DNA from: Planctomycetes bacterium UBA1662
GTDB taxonomy: Bacteria; Planctomycetota; UBA8108
DNA: 58,840 nucleotides
Reading direction: 5' to 3'
NCBI GenBank assembly: GCA_002320775.1
Contig: DCKY01000283.1
Location: 1 to 58,840, forward strand
The translations under genes were made by a program, and so were the position numbers. The notes beneath the pieces are model-generated. The model saw nothing but the letters and a program-made list of their open reading frames with translations, was not told the DNA's origin and did not search any database. Shown here piece by piece: positions 42,715 through 51,958 of this stretch (its first letter is position 1; each line of letters begins with the position of its first letter).

Positions 42715-44847
42715 TCATTTCACAAGGACATAAAACACAAGGATCAGGAGAAGAAGCCCGCCCGAAAGATAGAGCGAGGCGTTAACGTACTCCTGCAAAA
42801 AACCAGTCTGGAGACGCCGAAGGCGGCGCCCCCCAGCCAGGGTCGAGTTGCCGATTCCACGCACCAGACCATCGACGCCCCAATAATCGAGCACGCCGGC
42901 GGCGCCGGTAAAGAAACGACAAACGCTTCCCCAGAAATTAACAAATCCGTCAACGAAGACACGATCAAAATGACCGCAGATTACCTGGCATGTATGCAGG
43001 ACGTGCAGAACAAGCCAGGTGTAGAAGCGGTCGAGATACCAAAGATTCTGAAGGCTCACATAGAGGGGAGACAGCGCGCTGGCGACTCCCTTCTCGCGTC
43101 CGTAGAACGGTCCGCGAGGAATGAAGAAGCAGTAGGCGAGGACCAGCGCTGCGACAAACAGACCAAACGACACTGCACTGAGAGTCCAGTGGAAATCGTG
43201 AACGGTATGACTGACATGGTCCATCACCCTGTCCGCTCCAGCCGCGATCGGCACGAGGTATTCCGAATGCACCCGGTGTTCAAACCAGTAGACCGCTTTG
43301 CCCGCCACCCCGGCTGAACCAAGGGAGAGAACGGCGAGAATGCACAGCGGCACAGTCATGGTCCACGGTGACTCGTGGGCATGGTCATAGGCTTCCTGGT
43401 TCTTCGGCTTACCCTCGAAGGTCTTGAAATAGAGCCGGAACATGTAGAAGGCCGTCATTCCGGCTGTCAGGATTCCAAAGGCAAAGGGAAGGTAATGTAG
43501 CCAGCTGCCATGCTCTCCGTGCCCCATGTGATCGGCGAACGCGTAGGCGTTTCCTAAAATCGCCTCCTTCGAGTGGAAACCCGACAGAAAAGGCAAGCCG
43601 GCAATCGCCAGGGTGCCGATCAGGAAAGTGTAGCCTGTCCAGGGCATCTTCTTCCTGAGCCCACCCATATCCTCCATCTCATTGGAGTGAACAGCGTGGA
43701 TCACGCTGCCTGAACCCAGGAAGAGCAGGGCCTTGAAGAAGGCGTGCGTGAAGAGGTGGAAGATACCGGCGCTCACGCTGCCGACTCCGAGGCCAAGGAA
43801 CATATAGCCCAGCTGGGAGATCGTCGAATAGGCGAGCACCTTCTTGATGTCAGTCTGTACGAAGGCGATCGTCGCCGCGAAGAAGGCCGTGAAGCTCCCC
43901 ACCAGCGCGATGTAGAACAGGACATCGCCTGAAAAGAAATCTCCGGTGAAGTATCCCGGCCCGGCCAGGAAGGGGAACATGCGGGCGACCAGGTAGACGC
44001 CGGCGACAACCATGGTCGCGGCGTGGATCAGGGCCGACACCGGCGTCGGACCTTCCATGGCATCCGGCAGCCAGACATGCAGCGGGAATTGCGCCGACTT
44101 GCCGAGCGCGCCGAGGAAGAGGCCAAGACCGGCGGCTGTGAGCCACCAACTCGCATCGCCATCCCAGGTGCCATTTTGCAGGCTTTCGAATATCCCGGCG
44201 AAATCCAGGGTGCCGGCGAAAGCCGCGATGATCATGATTCCGACCAGGAAGCCGACATCACCCAGGCGGGTGGTCATGAAGGCCTTGATGGCCGCGTTCT
44301 GCGCTGATTTCTTCTCGAAGTAGAAGCCGATCAGGAAGTAGGAACAGAGCCCGACAAGCTCCCAGAACATGAACAGGAAGAGCAGGTTCGAGGAGATACA
44401 GAGCCCCAGCATGGAAAAGCTGAAGAGACCGAGGAAGGCGAAGAAACGATTGTAGCGCTCCTCCCCGTGCATATAACCGCAGGAATAGAGATGGACGAGA
44501 AAGCTCACCAGGGTCACCACGAAGAGCATGACGATCGTCAGGTTGTCGACCAGGATGCCGAAATCGATCGACAGTCCCTTGTCGGTTCCTCCGGCCCCGG
44601 AGGAGAGCCAGCCCTCAGCTACCAGCCAGGACTGGGGCTCGATACCATTGGAACTCGAGAGCAGGACGGTCATCATCCAGGTCGCGATCGACAGCGCGAT
44701 GAACATGCAGCCGGTGGGCAGCCAGTCGCCCTGGCGCGGCAGGCGCTTGCCGAAGAAGACCTGCACCACGAAACCCGCCAACGGACACAGCAGGATCGCC
44801 AGGGCGGCCTTGGTCAGGTCTTGAGGATCGAGGATAGTGCTAAACAT
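42715..44847 (-). CDS. nuoL: NADH-quinone oxidoreductase subunit L (operon 1)
   Basis: Contains GKSAQFPLHVWLPDAMEGPTPVSALIHAATMVVAGVYL and HLFTHAFFKALLFLGSGSVIHA, with a long C-terminal extension typical of the NuoL lateral helix. Confidence 0.9.
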   Translation of the reverse strand: MFSTILDPQDLTKAALAILLCPLAGFVVQVFFGKRLPRQGDWLPTGCMFIALSIATWMMTVLLSSSNGIEPQSWLVAEGWLSSGAGGTDKGLSIDFGILVDNLTIVMLFVVTLVSFLVHLYSCGYMHGEERYNRFFAFLGLFSFSMLGLCISSNLLFLFMFWELVGLCSYFLIGFYFEKKSAQNAAIKAFMTTRLGDVGFLVGIMIIAAFAGTLDFAGIFESLQNGTWDGDASWWLTAAGLGLFLGALGKSAQFPLHVWLPDAMEGPTPVSALIHAATMVVAGVYLVARMFPFLAGPGYFTGDFFSGDVLFYIALVGSFTAFFAATIAFVQTDIKKVLAYSTISQLGYMFLGLGVGSVSAGIFHLFTHAFFKALLFLGSGSVIHAVHSNEMEDMGGLRKKMPWTGYTFLIGTLAIAGLPFLSGFHSKEAILGNAYAFADHMGHGEHGSWLHYLPFAFGILTAGMTAFYMFRLYFKTFEGKPKNQEAYDHAHESPWTMTVPLCILAVLSLGSAGVAGKAVYWFEHRVHSEYLVPIAAGADRVMDHVSHTVHDFHWTLSAVSFGLFVAALVLAYCFFIPRGPFYGREKGVASALSPLYVSLQNLWYLDRFYTWLVLHVLHTCQVICGHFDRVFVDGFVNFWGSVCRFFTGAAGVLDYWGVDGLVRGIGNSTLAGGRRLRRLQTGFLQEYVNASLYLSGGLLLLILVFYVLVK

Positions 44848-44876
44848 ACGGTTACTTCAGCCAGACCAGAACGCGT

Positions 44877-45275
44877 TCAGCCTTTCAGCGAATGCGCGTC
44901 ATCCAGCTCGACACTGTTGATAGAGTTAAAAATATTCAGGGCGATGGCAAGGGCCAGGGCGGCCTCCGCGGCCGCGATCACGATAACGAAAAGCGTCACA
45001 ATCTGTCCGTCAAGCGGGTCCGTTCCGGCAGAATACTTGGCGAAGGCGACGAAGTTGAGACCCGCTGAGTTCAGAAGCAATTCGATCCCCATGAGCACGG
45101 CAATGGTGCTGCGCCGGGTGATGATGATCAGCAGGCCAAGCCCGAAGACAAGGGCGCTGATCACAAGATAATGCTGGAGCCCGACACCCGAAGACGCGGC
45201 CTCGGCCGCGGGAGTTGAGGCCTGGGCCAGAAGGCCGCCGAGGGTATTGAAACAGGTTCCGAAGCTGCCGCTCAT
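44877..45275 (-). CDS. nuoK: NADH-quinone oxidoreductase subunit K (operon 1), with an N-terminal extension of about 30 aa
   Basis: The core is LQHYLVISALVFGLGLLIIITRRSTIAVLMGIELLLNSAGLNFVAF. Its ATG overlaps the nuoJ stop as ATGA at 45272-45275. Confidence 0.9.
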   Translation of the reverse strand: MSGSFGTCFNTLGGLLAQASTPAAEAASSGVGLQHYLVISALVFGLGLLIIITRRSTIAVLMGIELLLNSAGLNFVAFAKYSAGTDPLDGQIVTLFVIVIAAAEAALALAIALNIFNSINSVELDDAHSLKG

Positions 45276-46375
45276 GCCACACCCCCTTCGCCATCAGCGC
45301 CATCCGCCGAATCTCCCTCGGACTTGCCGCGGGCGATATAGGTCGCCCCAACCATGGCGACGAGGAGAAGGACTGAGACCACCTCGAAGGGGAGGATATA
45401 GGTGCTCATGAAGGCCTCTCCCAGGCCGAAGGCCGTCGGCTCAGCAGCCTTGACCGCGTTCGGGCCGATCTGCGCGATATCCTTCGCGGCCTTCTCACTC
45501 CAATTGTTGCCCCCGGCAAGAAAGACCAGGAGCCCCGTGATGAGAACCCCGATAACAATTCCGGGAATGAGAACTCGCAAGGAGGACGTGGCCTTCAGAG
45601 GCACATCCACTCTCTGGGTCAACATGACTCCAAAGAGGAAGAGAATGAGGATTCCACCGATATAGACAAGCACCTGGGTGAAGCCGAGGAAGTCGGCTCC
45701 CAACAGCAGATAGAAGCTCGCGAAGCCAGCCAGGCTGGCCAGCAGCCAGAAGGCCATGTGAACAATCTTGTCGCTGACGAGGATCAACACCCCGGAGCCA
45801 ACGGCAATCGCGGCCGTTATGTAGAAACACGCGGCCTCAAAATCGGTGACGCTGAAGAACGATACGGCTCCGCCGACCGTCGCGAGACCGGCCAGCACGC
45901 CAAGACCCGTTCGCCCCCAGCCCGTGACCGCTCCCCTGACAACCAGAGTCGAAGCCGCGATGGTCGCGAAGACCACGAGCGCCAGGTATCTCGAATCGGA
46001 GAGACTGAGCCCGAAGCCATCACTCGCCATGAACTCACGCAGCACTCCCACCACCGCCGCCGCGCCGAGAATGGTCTCGAAGGCGATCCAGGAGGCCGTC
46101 CTCATGATCAGAACGACCGGAAGCATGACGAAGGCGGAGATCAGCAGCATCCTCAGAGGACCCGACTCGAGGCCGATGCGCGATTCGAGGCCAAGATAGA
46201 TATAGAGCTCACAGAGGGCGGGAATGATCGCCAGCCAGAGTCCCTGGCGCATGGCGTGCGTGAACAGTTCGAGCGCCGCTTCGGGGCCCCCTTCACGGGC
46301 AACGCGCACCAGCCTCGTCCCCAGGTAGAGGAGGAGGAGCGCCGAACTCAAAGCCAGCAGGTCGTGAAAGATCAT
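45272..46375 (-). CDS. nuoJ: NADH-quinone oxidoreductase subunit J (operon 1), fused to an extra N-terminal polytopic domain of about 175 aa
   Basis: The canonical NuoJ core (AACFYITAAIAVGSGVLILVSDKIVHMAFWLLASLAGFASFYLLLGADFLGFTQVLVYIGGILILFLFGVML) begins near aa 180 of a 367-aa uninterrupted hydrophobic ORF. Confidence 0.8.
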   Translation of the reverse strand: MIFHDLLALSSALLLLYLGTRLVRVAREGGPEAALELFTHAMRQGLWLAIIPALCELYIYLGLESRIGLESGPLRMLLISAFVMLPVVLIMRTASWIAFETILGAAAVVGVLREFMASDGFGLSLSDSRYLALVVFATIAASTLVVRGAVTGWGRTGLGVLAGLATVGGAVSFFSVTDFEAACFYITAAIAVGSGVLILVSDKIVHMAFWLLASLAGFASFYLLLGADFLGFTQVLVYIGGILILFLFGVMLTQRVDVPLKATSSLRVLIPGIVIGVLITGLLVFLAGGNNWSEKAAKDIAQIGPNAVKAAEPTAFGLGEAFMSTYILPFEVVSVLLLVAMVGATYIARGKSEGDSADGADGEGGVA

Positions 46376-46427
46376 GAACTCGATTGGAACCTTACGTGTT
46401 TCTTTTCAGTCCGGGGAGGGGAATGAA

Positions 46428-47069
46428 TCATTCTGCCGATTCTCCTTCCGCATCCGAACCTTCTTCTTCGGCTTCCGCGGCGGCCGCCGCGGCTTTTTCA
46501 GCTTCCTTGGCGGCCTTCTCAGCTTCTTTCTGTTTCTTCTTCTCCTCCTGCAGGCGGTCGTTCTCGCCTCGCGCCCATTCGACGAAGACCTCGTCACCCT
46601 CGGTGTAGACCTCGTCGGTCAGCAGGTTCTTCTCCATCATGGTGCGATCGGTCGAATGATAATCGAACTCGGGACCCAGCCAGATGCACTTGGGCGGGCA
46701 GGGCTCCTCGCAGAGACCGCAGAAGATACAGACGGTATAGTCGACCGTGAATTTTGAAAGCGTCGCCTTCTGCCCCCGGTAGCCGCCCTGGAGAGGGCCA
46801 TCGGCCCCGCGTACGCCCTCGATGTAGATGCAGTCGACCGGGCAGATGTCCGAACATTTCCAGCACATGACGCACTTCTCGGTCTCGAGGTAGTGAATCC
46901 CCCGGTGGCGGGCTGGAATGAGATCCTTCTCCTTCGGATACTGGATCGTGCACAGCGTCTTCTTGTGATTCAGAAAATACTTCAGGGTAATCCCCATGCC
47001 GATCCAGATCGACCGGGCCACCTTGAAGATATTCATGAAGTAAGCGCAGGGAATCATCTTGTTATTCAA
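46428..47069 (-). CDS. nuoI: NADH-quinone oxidoreductase subunit I (operon 1), 2x[4Fe-4S], with Lys/Glu/Ala-rich C-terminal tail
   Basis: Has two ferredoxin motifs, CVMCWKCSDICP and CIFCGLCEEPCP. The tail reads EEKKKQKEAEKAAKEAEKAAAAAAEAEEEGSDAEGESAE. Confidence 0.9.
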   Translation of the reverse strand: MNNKMIPCAYFMNIFKVARSIWIGMGITLKYFLNHKKTLCTIQYPKEKDLIPARHRGIHYLETEKCVMCWKCSDICPVDCIYIEGVRGADGPLQGGYRGQKATLSKFTVDYTVCIFCGLCEEPCPPKCIWLGPEFDYHSTDRTMMEKNLLTDEVYTEGDEVFVEWARGENDRLQEEKKKQKEAEKAAKEAEKAAAAAAEAEEEGSDAEGESAE

Positions 47070-48417
47070 CCACTATTCCAAAGCCGAAGACCGAAGCCCC
47101 TCCTGAGACCAGTTCCCAGAGGCACGATCCGACAAAACAAAGCAACGAGATCGGCAGCAGCACCTTCCAGCAGACATACATCATCTGGTCGAGCCGAATC
47201 CGGGGAAGGGTCCAACGAATCCACATCTGGACAAAGACCAGGGCGAAAGCCTTGCTGAGAAAGACCCCTACCTTGACCAGCAGGCCCAGTGTCTTGGTAT
47301 AGATTGTCGCATCAGGACCCGTACCAAGCGCATCGAGGGGATAGATTCCCGACCACCAGCCGCCCAGGAAGATCACCACCGCCACCGCCGCAACCAGGTA
47401 CATCGCCGCGTACTCCGCAAGGAAGAAGAGCGCGAATCGCATCCCGCTGTACTCGGTATGGAAACCGCTGACAAGCTCCGATTCCGCCTCCGGCAGATCG
47501 AAGGGAGCACGCTTACATTCCGCCAGGCTGGCGATGAAGTAGACGATCCCCAGGATCGGCATGAAGGGATTGCGAAAGAGATTCCAATGCCAGACCCAGC
47601 CCTGGTAGGTGTAGCCGTCGTCAGCGGAGAGGAGGCTGCCGCCCTGCTGGTTGACGATCTCCATGAGAGAGAACGACCCGCTGCAGAGAATGACGGTCAC
47701 AAAGGCGATACCGATGGGAATCTCGTAGCTCACCATCTGGGTGGCGGTTCGGATCGTGGCGAAGAGCGACCATTTATTATTGGAAGCCCAACCCGCCATG
47801 ATGACCCCGAGCACCTCCACCGCCCCCACCGCGGCGATAAAGAAGAGGCCGAGGTCGAGATCCGAGGCGATGAGCTTGTCACCGAAGGGCAGCGGCACGA
47901 ACCGCATGAGAACCCCGGCGAAGACGACGGCCGGTGCAATGGCAAAGAGCGGTTTGTCGGCCAGCCGGGGAATAATGTCTTCCTTGGTAAGGAGCTTCAG
48001 CCCATCGGCCACCGTCTGCAGGAGCCCGTGGGGACCGACCTCCATGGGGCCGAGGCGGCACTGCATGTGAGCGGAGACCTTACGCTCGCTCCAGACCGCT
48101 CCGATGGCGAAAACATTGACGAAGCCGAAGACCACCCCGATCGTAATCAGGAGCCCCCCGAGCTCAGGGAAAATCGAACCGTCGGCGGCCAGTGAAGTCA
48201 TCAGGCCATTCACCGTGCCGGCAAAGGGAAGCGCTGAGCTCACCTCGGTGGTGGAAAGCAACCACTTGATCAACCCGGCGAAGAAGAGGCCTCCCTCGTA
48301 GTACACGCCGGGCTCCGCCAGGCCCCACTTGGTTGAAGCCGCCTCCGCGTAGTCGCCCAGATTCTTCAGGTCCTTTCCGGTCTGCGCGAAAAAATTGGTG
48401 AAGACGAAGAGGTTCAT
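47062..48417 (-). CDS. nuoH: NADH-quinone oxidoreductase subunit H (operon 1), with an N-terminal extension of about 85 aa
   Basis: Contains WSERKVSAHMQCRLGPMEVGPHGLLQ...AECKRAPFDLPEAESELVSGFHTEYSGMRFALFFLAEY. The canonical core starts near aa 90. Confidence 0.9.
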   Translation of the reverse strand: MNLFVFTNFFAQTGKDLKNLGDYAEAASTKWGLAEPGVYYEGGLFFAGLIKWLLSTTEVSSALPFAGTVNGLMTSLAADGSIFPELGGLLITIGVVFGFVNVFAIGAVWSERKVSAHMQCRLGPMEVGPHGLLQTVADGLKLLTKEDIIPRLADKPLFAIAPAVVFAGVLMRFVPLPFGDKLIASDLDLGLFFIAAVGAVEVLGVIMAGWASNNKWSLFATIRTATQMVSYEIPIGIAFVTVILCSGSFSLMEIVNQQGGSLLSADDGYTYQGWVWHWNLFRNPFMPILGIVYFIASLAECKRAPFDLPEAESELVSGFHTEYSGMRFALFFLAEYAAMYLVAAVAVVIFLGGWWSGIYPLDALGTGPDATIYTKTLGLLVKVGVFLSKAFALVFVQMWIRWTLPRIRLDQMMYVCWKVLLPISLLCFVGSCLWELVSGGASVFGFGIVVE

Positions 48418-49550
48418 CGATCCACCTCCCCCAGCACGATATCGAGGCTGCCGATAATGGCCACCAGGTCGGCCAGCATCACGTTGCTGAGACTCGTAAG
48501 CTTGTCCAGGATGCTGATGTTGCAGAAGGAAGGCGCCCTGGCCTTCACCCTGTAGGGAATATTCGTTCCATCGCTGACAACGTAGAAGCCGACCTCGCCG
48601 CGCGCGCCCTCGACCCGCTTGTAGACCTCTCCCGCCTTCGGCTTGACGGCCCGGTAGGCCTTCTTGTCACAGAAGGGACCCTCGGGGATATCTTTGACCG
48701 CCTGGCGGACCAGCCGGATGCTCTGGCGCATCTCGCGCATGCGTACCATGTAGCGGTCCCAGCAATCACCCAGCTGTCCCATCTCGCCGGAGCCGACCGG
48801 TACATCGAATTCGAGACGGTCGTAGATTCCGTAGGGAGCGTCGCGGCGAAGGTCACGCTGGACCCCGGAGCCGCGAAGCGATGGGCCAGTCACGCCGTAG
48901 CTGACGGCCAGCTCCGCCGGGATCACGCCGACATTCGACGTCCTCGAGATGAAGATCCCGTTGTAGGACAGAAGGTTGTCGTATTCGTCGAGGATCTTCG
49001 GATCGAAGTAATCGCAGAAGGCCTCGATGTCGGCGAGAATCTCGTCGGTCATATCGAAGGTCACCCCGCCAACCCGGACGTAGCTGTAATTCAGCCGCTG
49101 GCCGCAGAGCTTCTCGAAAATCTTGAGGATCCGCTCTCGATCGCGAAAGGCGTAGAGAAACGGAGTGATCGCGCCAATGTCGAGCCCGTAGGTGCCGAAG
49201 GCGAGCAGGTGGCTCGCCACCCTGTTGAGCTCGGCGACGATGACCCGGATATACTCGGCCCGCTCAGGAACCTCAATGCCCGCCAGATCCTCAACCGCGG
49301 CGGCGTAGCCCCAGTTGTTCATCATGGCGCAGAGGTAATCCATCCGGTCGGTGTAGGGAACCACCTGGAGGTAGTTGTTGCCCTCAGCGCATTTCTCGAA
49401 GCAGCGATGCAGGTAGCCGATGTGAGATTCGGACTCGAGGACCAGCTCGCCATCGGTGCGCACCACCACCCGGAACACCCCGTGGGTGCTCGGATGCTGG
49501 GGCCCCATGTTGAGGAGCATCTCTTCTGTCCTGATCTTTGCTTCGTTCAT
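48414..49550 (-). CDS. nuoD: NADH-quinone oxidoreductase subunit D (operon 1)
   Basis: Contains LNMGPQHPSTHGVFRVVV...HIGYLHRCFEK...DRMDY and ends ...IIGSLDIVLGEVDR. Confidence 0.95.
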   Translation of the reverse strand: MNEAKIRTEEMLLNMGPQHPSTHGVFRVVVRTDGELVLESESHIGYLHRCFEKCAEGNNYLQVVPYTDRMDYLCAMMNNWGYAAAVEDLAGIEVPERAEYIRVIVAELNRVASHLLAFGTYGLDIGAITPFLYAFRDRERILKIFEKLCGQRLNYSYVRVGGVTFDMTDEILADIEAFCDYFDPKILDEYDNLLSYNGIFISRTSNVGVIPAELAVSYGVTGPSLRGSGVQRDLRRDAPYGIYDRLEFDVPVGSGEMGQLGDCWDRYMVRMREMRQSIRLVRQAVKDIPEGPFCDKKAYRAVKPKAGEVYKRVEGARGEVGFYVVSDGTNIPYRVKARAPSFCNISILDKLTSLSNVMLADLVAIIGSLDIVLGEVDR

Positions 49551-49589
49551 TGTCTTCTGAATCTTGCGGTCTTTATCGCGTTGCGCAGC

Positions 49590-50090
49590 TCAATAGATAA
49601 CGTTCTTGATACCGTGGAAAGAATCCGGGGGCTCGTAATCTTTTCTCAATGGGTGACCAACCCAGTCCTCGGCACAGAGGATCCTGACGAGATTGTGATG
49701 CCCCTCGAAGATCACTCCGACGAGATCGTAGGTCTCCCTCTCATGCCAGTCGGCCGTCCGCCAGATCTCCTCGACCGATGCGACTCGCGGATCGCTGCGG
49801 GGCAGCTTCACCTTGATGGTGATCCCATGATGGTTGACCGTCGAATCGAGATGGTAGATGACCTCTATCTCGGGCCCCTCCTCGCGCTCGGGATAATCCA
49901 CGCCGGATATACAGGAGAGCAGGTCGAAACCGAGGCGAGAATCATCTCTGCAGAGCTGGGCGGTCTCCCCCCACTGCTCAGCCTTGACGACAACGAACGG
50001 ATCCACTCCATCGAGGATCTCCTCGACAACCGCCTCAGGCAGCTTCTCCTTGATCACCGCTATGATTTGCCCAATTTCGAGCCTGGCCAT
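49590..50090 (-). CDS. nuoC: NADH-quinone oxidoreductase subunit C (operon 1)
   Basis: Contains WRTADWHERETYDLVGVIFEGHHNLVRIL...WVGHPLRKDY. Confidence 0.9.
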   Translation of the reverse strand: MARLEIGQIIAVIKEKLPEAVVEEILDGVDPFVVVKAEQWGETAQLCRDDSRLGFDLLSCISGVDYPEREEGPEIEVIYHLDSTVNHHGITIKVKLPRSDPRVASVEEIWRTADWHERETYDLVGVIFEGHHNLVRILCAEDWVGHPLRKDYEPPDSFHGIKNVIY

Positions 50091-50109
50091 TTCTTCAAAT
50101 CACTCCGAG

Positions 50110-50649
50110 TTAAACGGGCTGGTAAACTTCCGGCTTGGTCGTTCGCCTGGTCCGATCGAGTATTTTCTCTCTCTTCATCAGCTTCTGCACCTTGAAGAGA
50201 CCCTCCAGGAGAGCCTCCGGCCTCGGCGGGCACCCGGGGATATAAACATCCACGGGAATCAGGAGATCTACTCCCTTGACCACGTGATAGCCATGCTTCA
50301 CGTAGGGACCGCCGCGAATCACGCAACCACCCATCGCGATCACGTACTTCGGCTCAGGCATCTGGTCGTAGAGGCGCTTCACCCTGGGAGCCATCTTGTG
50401 GGTAACCGTACCCGCCACGATCATGAGATCAGACTGCCGCGGGGTGCCGCGGAAAGGCCCCGAGCCAAATCGGTCGAGATCGTACTTGGCAGCGCCGGTG
50501 GCCATCATCTCGATGGCGCAGCAGGCGAGACCGAAGGTCAGCGGCCAGACAGAGTTGGCGCGCGTAGCGTTGATGACATCATCGATCGCCGACATGAAAA
50601 TGACGTTCTTGGTCAGTGGATCCGGATTCCTGTTTTCAATTTCATTCAT
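50110..50649 (-). CDS. nuoB: NADH-quinone oxidoreductase subunit B (operon 1)
   Basis: Contains [15 protein letters not shown]...[13 protein letters not shown]...[15 protein letters not shown], so all the N2-cluster cysteines are present. Confidence 0.95.
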   Translation of the reverse strand: MNEIENRNPDPLTKNVIFMSAIDDVINATRANSVWPLTFGLACCAIEMMATGAAKYDLDRFGSGPFRGTPRQSDLMIVAGTVTHKMAPRVKRLYDQMPEPKYVIAMGGCVIRGGPYVKHGYHVVKGVDLLIPVDVYIPGCPPRPEALLEGLFKVQKLMKREKILDRTRRTTKPEVYQPV

Positions 50650-51125
50650 CAGACAGCCACCTCCTCCTTGCCATCGGGAGCTTCCACCGCATCCGGTTCT
50701 GGAACCTCTTTAACAACCGCAGCCTTCATAAAAGGCTTTACCTTCAGCCAGTCGAGATCGCCCTTGGCCCAGCAATAGATGAATCCGACCATCAGGATGC
50801 ACAGGAAGACCAACACCTCGAGGAAAATGAATCCTCCGAAACCGTGTTGATTCAGGGTCTTAAATACCCGCGACCAGGGGTAGAGAAAAGCCACCTCGAC
50901 ATCGAAAATAAGAAAGATCAGCGCAAGGGTATAGAAGCGTATGTCGAACCGTACCCAGGACGATCCGATCGTGGGCTCTCCGCACTCATAGGTCTCCAGC
51001 TTGCCGGGTTCACTCTCATCACGAACCCGCGGCCGCAACAGGCGGCTGAGGATCGACACCGTCAGGACGACGAAGAAGACCCCGAAGAGGGTGAATACAA
51101 GGACGTTGAGTAGCTGATAACCCAT
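50649..51125 (-). CDS. nuoA: NADH-quinone oxidoreductase subunit A (operon 1), with hydrophilic C-terminal extension
   Basis: Contains YECGEP...[26 protein letters not shown]. The tail [29 protein letters not shown] lies beyond the usual end. Confidence 0.85.
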   Translation of the reverse strand: MGYQLLNVLVFTLFGVFFVVLTVSILSRLLRPRVRDESEPGKLETYECGEPTIGSSWVRFDIRFYTLALIFLIFDVEVAFLYPWSRVFKTLNQHGFGGFIFLEVLVFLCILMVGFIYCWAKGDLDWLKVKPFMKAAVVKEVPEPDAVEAPDGKEEVAV

Positions 51126-51374
51126 TTCAGGGAGCTCTTTAGCTCATTCGCTGAGGCTAACTTAGAAAAGCCCGACAGGCCGAAAGCCCTTCCTTCATAC
51201 CCCCGCTTGAGGAACCGCTGAGTTCGCACTGAACCCGCGGAAAGAAAGAACTTCAGCCATCAAACTTTCCTGCATAAAACGCCAAGACTTTAAGTTGTTG
51301 AGGGCGTTTTGCAAAAGTTTTTTTTCCAAGTAAACCACGTCTGCGGGTAGGTTCGGGCGGAGCAGAGTTCTTCC

Positions 51375-51908
51375 TCATCCTCTGTGGCCGTTCAGCGCCC
51401 ACTCGTTGATCTCCTCAATCGCCCCTCGGTTCTTTCTGACGGCCCTGAACTCGGCGACAAAAGCCGCCGCGTTGACGCACAGGGCGAGCAATGAGAAGGC
51501 CAGGTGGACCCACCATCCGCCGACCTGTCGCAGAGGCAAAGCCACCTCGGCGCCGGGAGCGGGAATCAGCCTGCTGTGGACTTCCGCTCCGAGCAGGGAA
51601 GCGACGATGATCAGCAGAATCGCGAAGCAGGCCAGGGGAAAGACCTCCTTTTTCAGCCGACGGGTGAGAAGCACGTATTTCTTCACGAGAGCATCATCCT
51701 CTTCAACCGCCTCTCGAATATCCATCCCCGTTCCGATCAGGTAAAAGATGACCAGTACATGGGTGAAAATAATGAGAACAGAGGCCAACATTCCGGCCAG
51801 TAGATGCTCGCGAACGGAGACCGCGTCGCTCAACCCCAGGCCGAGGGCCATGGCATAAACAAGCGCGGCGGCATCAAAGAGGATCAGGGTCAACAGGGTC
51901 TGGGGCAT
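51375..51908 (-). CDS. Hypothetical four-TM membrane protein with His residues at or near the predicted TM helices
   Basis: This 177-aa ORF has four predicted hydrophobic helices. His residues occur at REHLLAG, IIFTHVLVIF, AEVHSRL and WWVHLAF. It sits between nadA and nuoA on the same strand. No family was recognised. Confidence 0.5.
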   Translation of the reverse strand: MPQTLLTLILFDAAALVYAMALGLGLSDAVSVREHLLAGMLASVLIIFTHVLVIFYLIGTGMDIREAVEEDDALVKKYVLLTRRLKKEVFPLACFAILLIIVASLLGAEVHSRLIPAPGAEVALPLRQVGGWWVHLAFSLLALCVNAAAFVAEFRAVRKNRGAIEEINEWALNGHRG

Positions 51909-51958
51909 TGCTTCTAATCAACGGCGAAGGCTGGAGCGAACGAAAACGGAGTGGAACC

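Noticed and set aside
49209-50195. 328-aa plus-strand ORF
   Set aside because: It is antisense to nuoD, nuoC and nuoB of operon 1, so it is a GC-rich shadow ORF.
51276-51310. AAAACGCC-N19-GGCGTTTT inverted repeat as a terminator between the 177-aa gene and nuoA
   Set aside because: It has a short GC core, a large loop, and the long T-run lies on the wrong (plus) strand. I note it but do not annotate it as a terminator.
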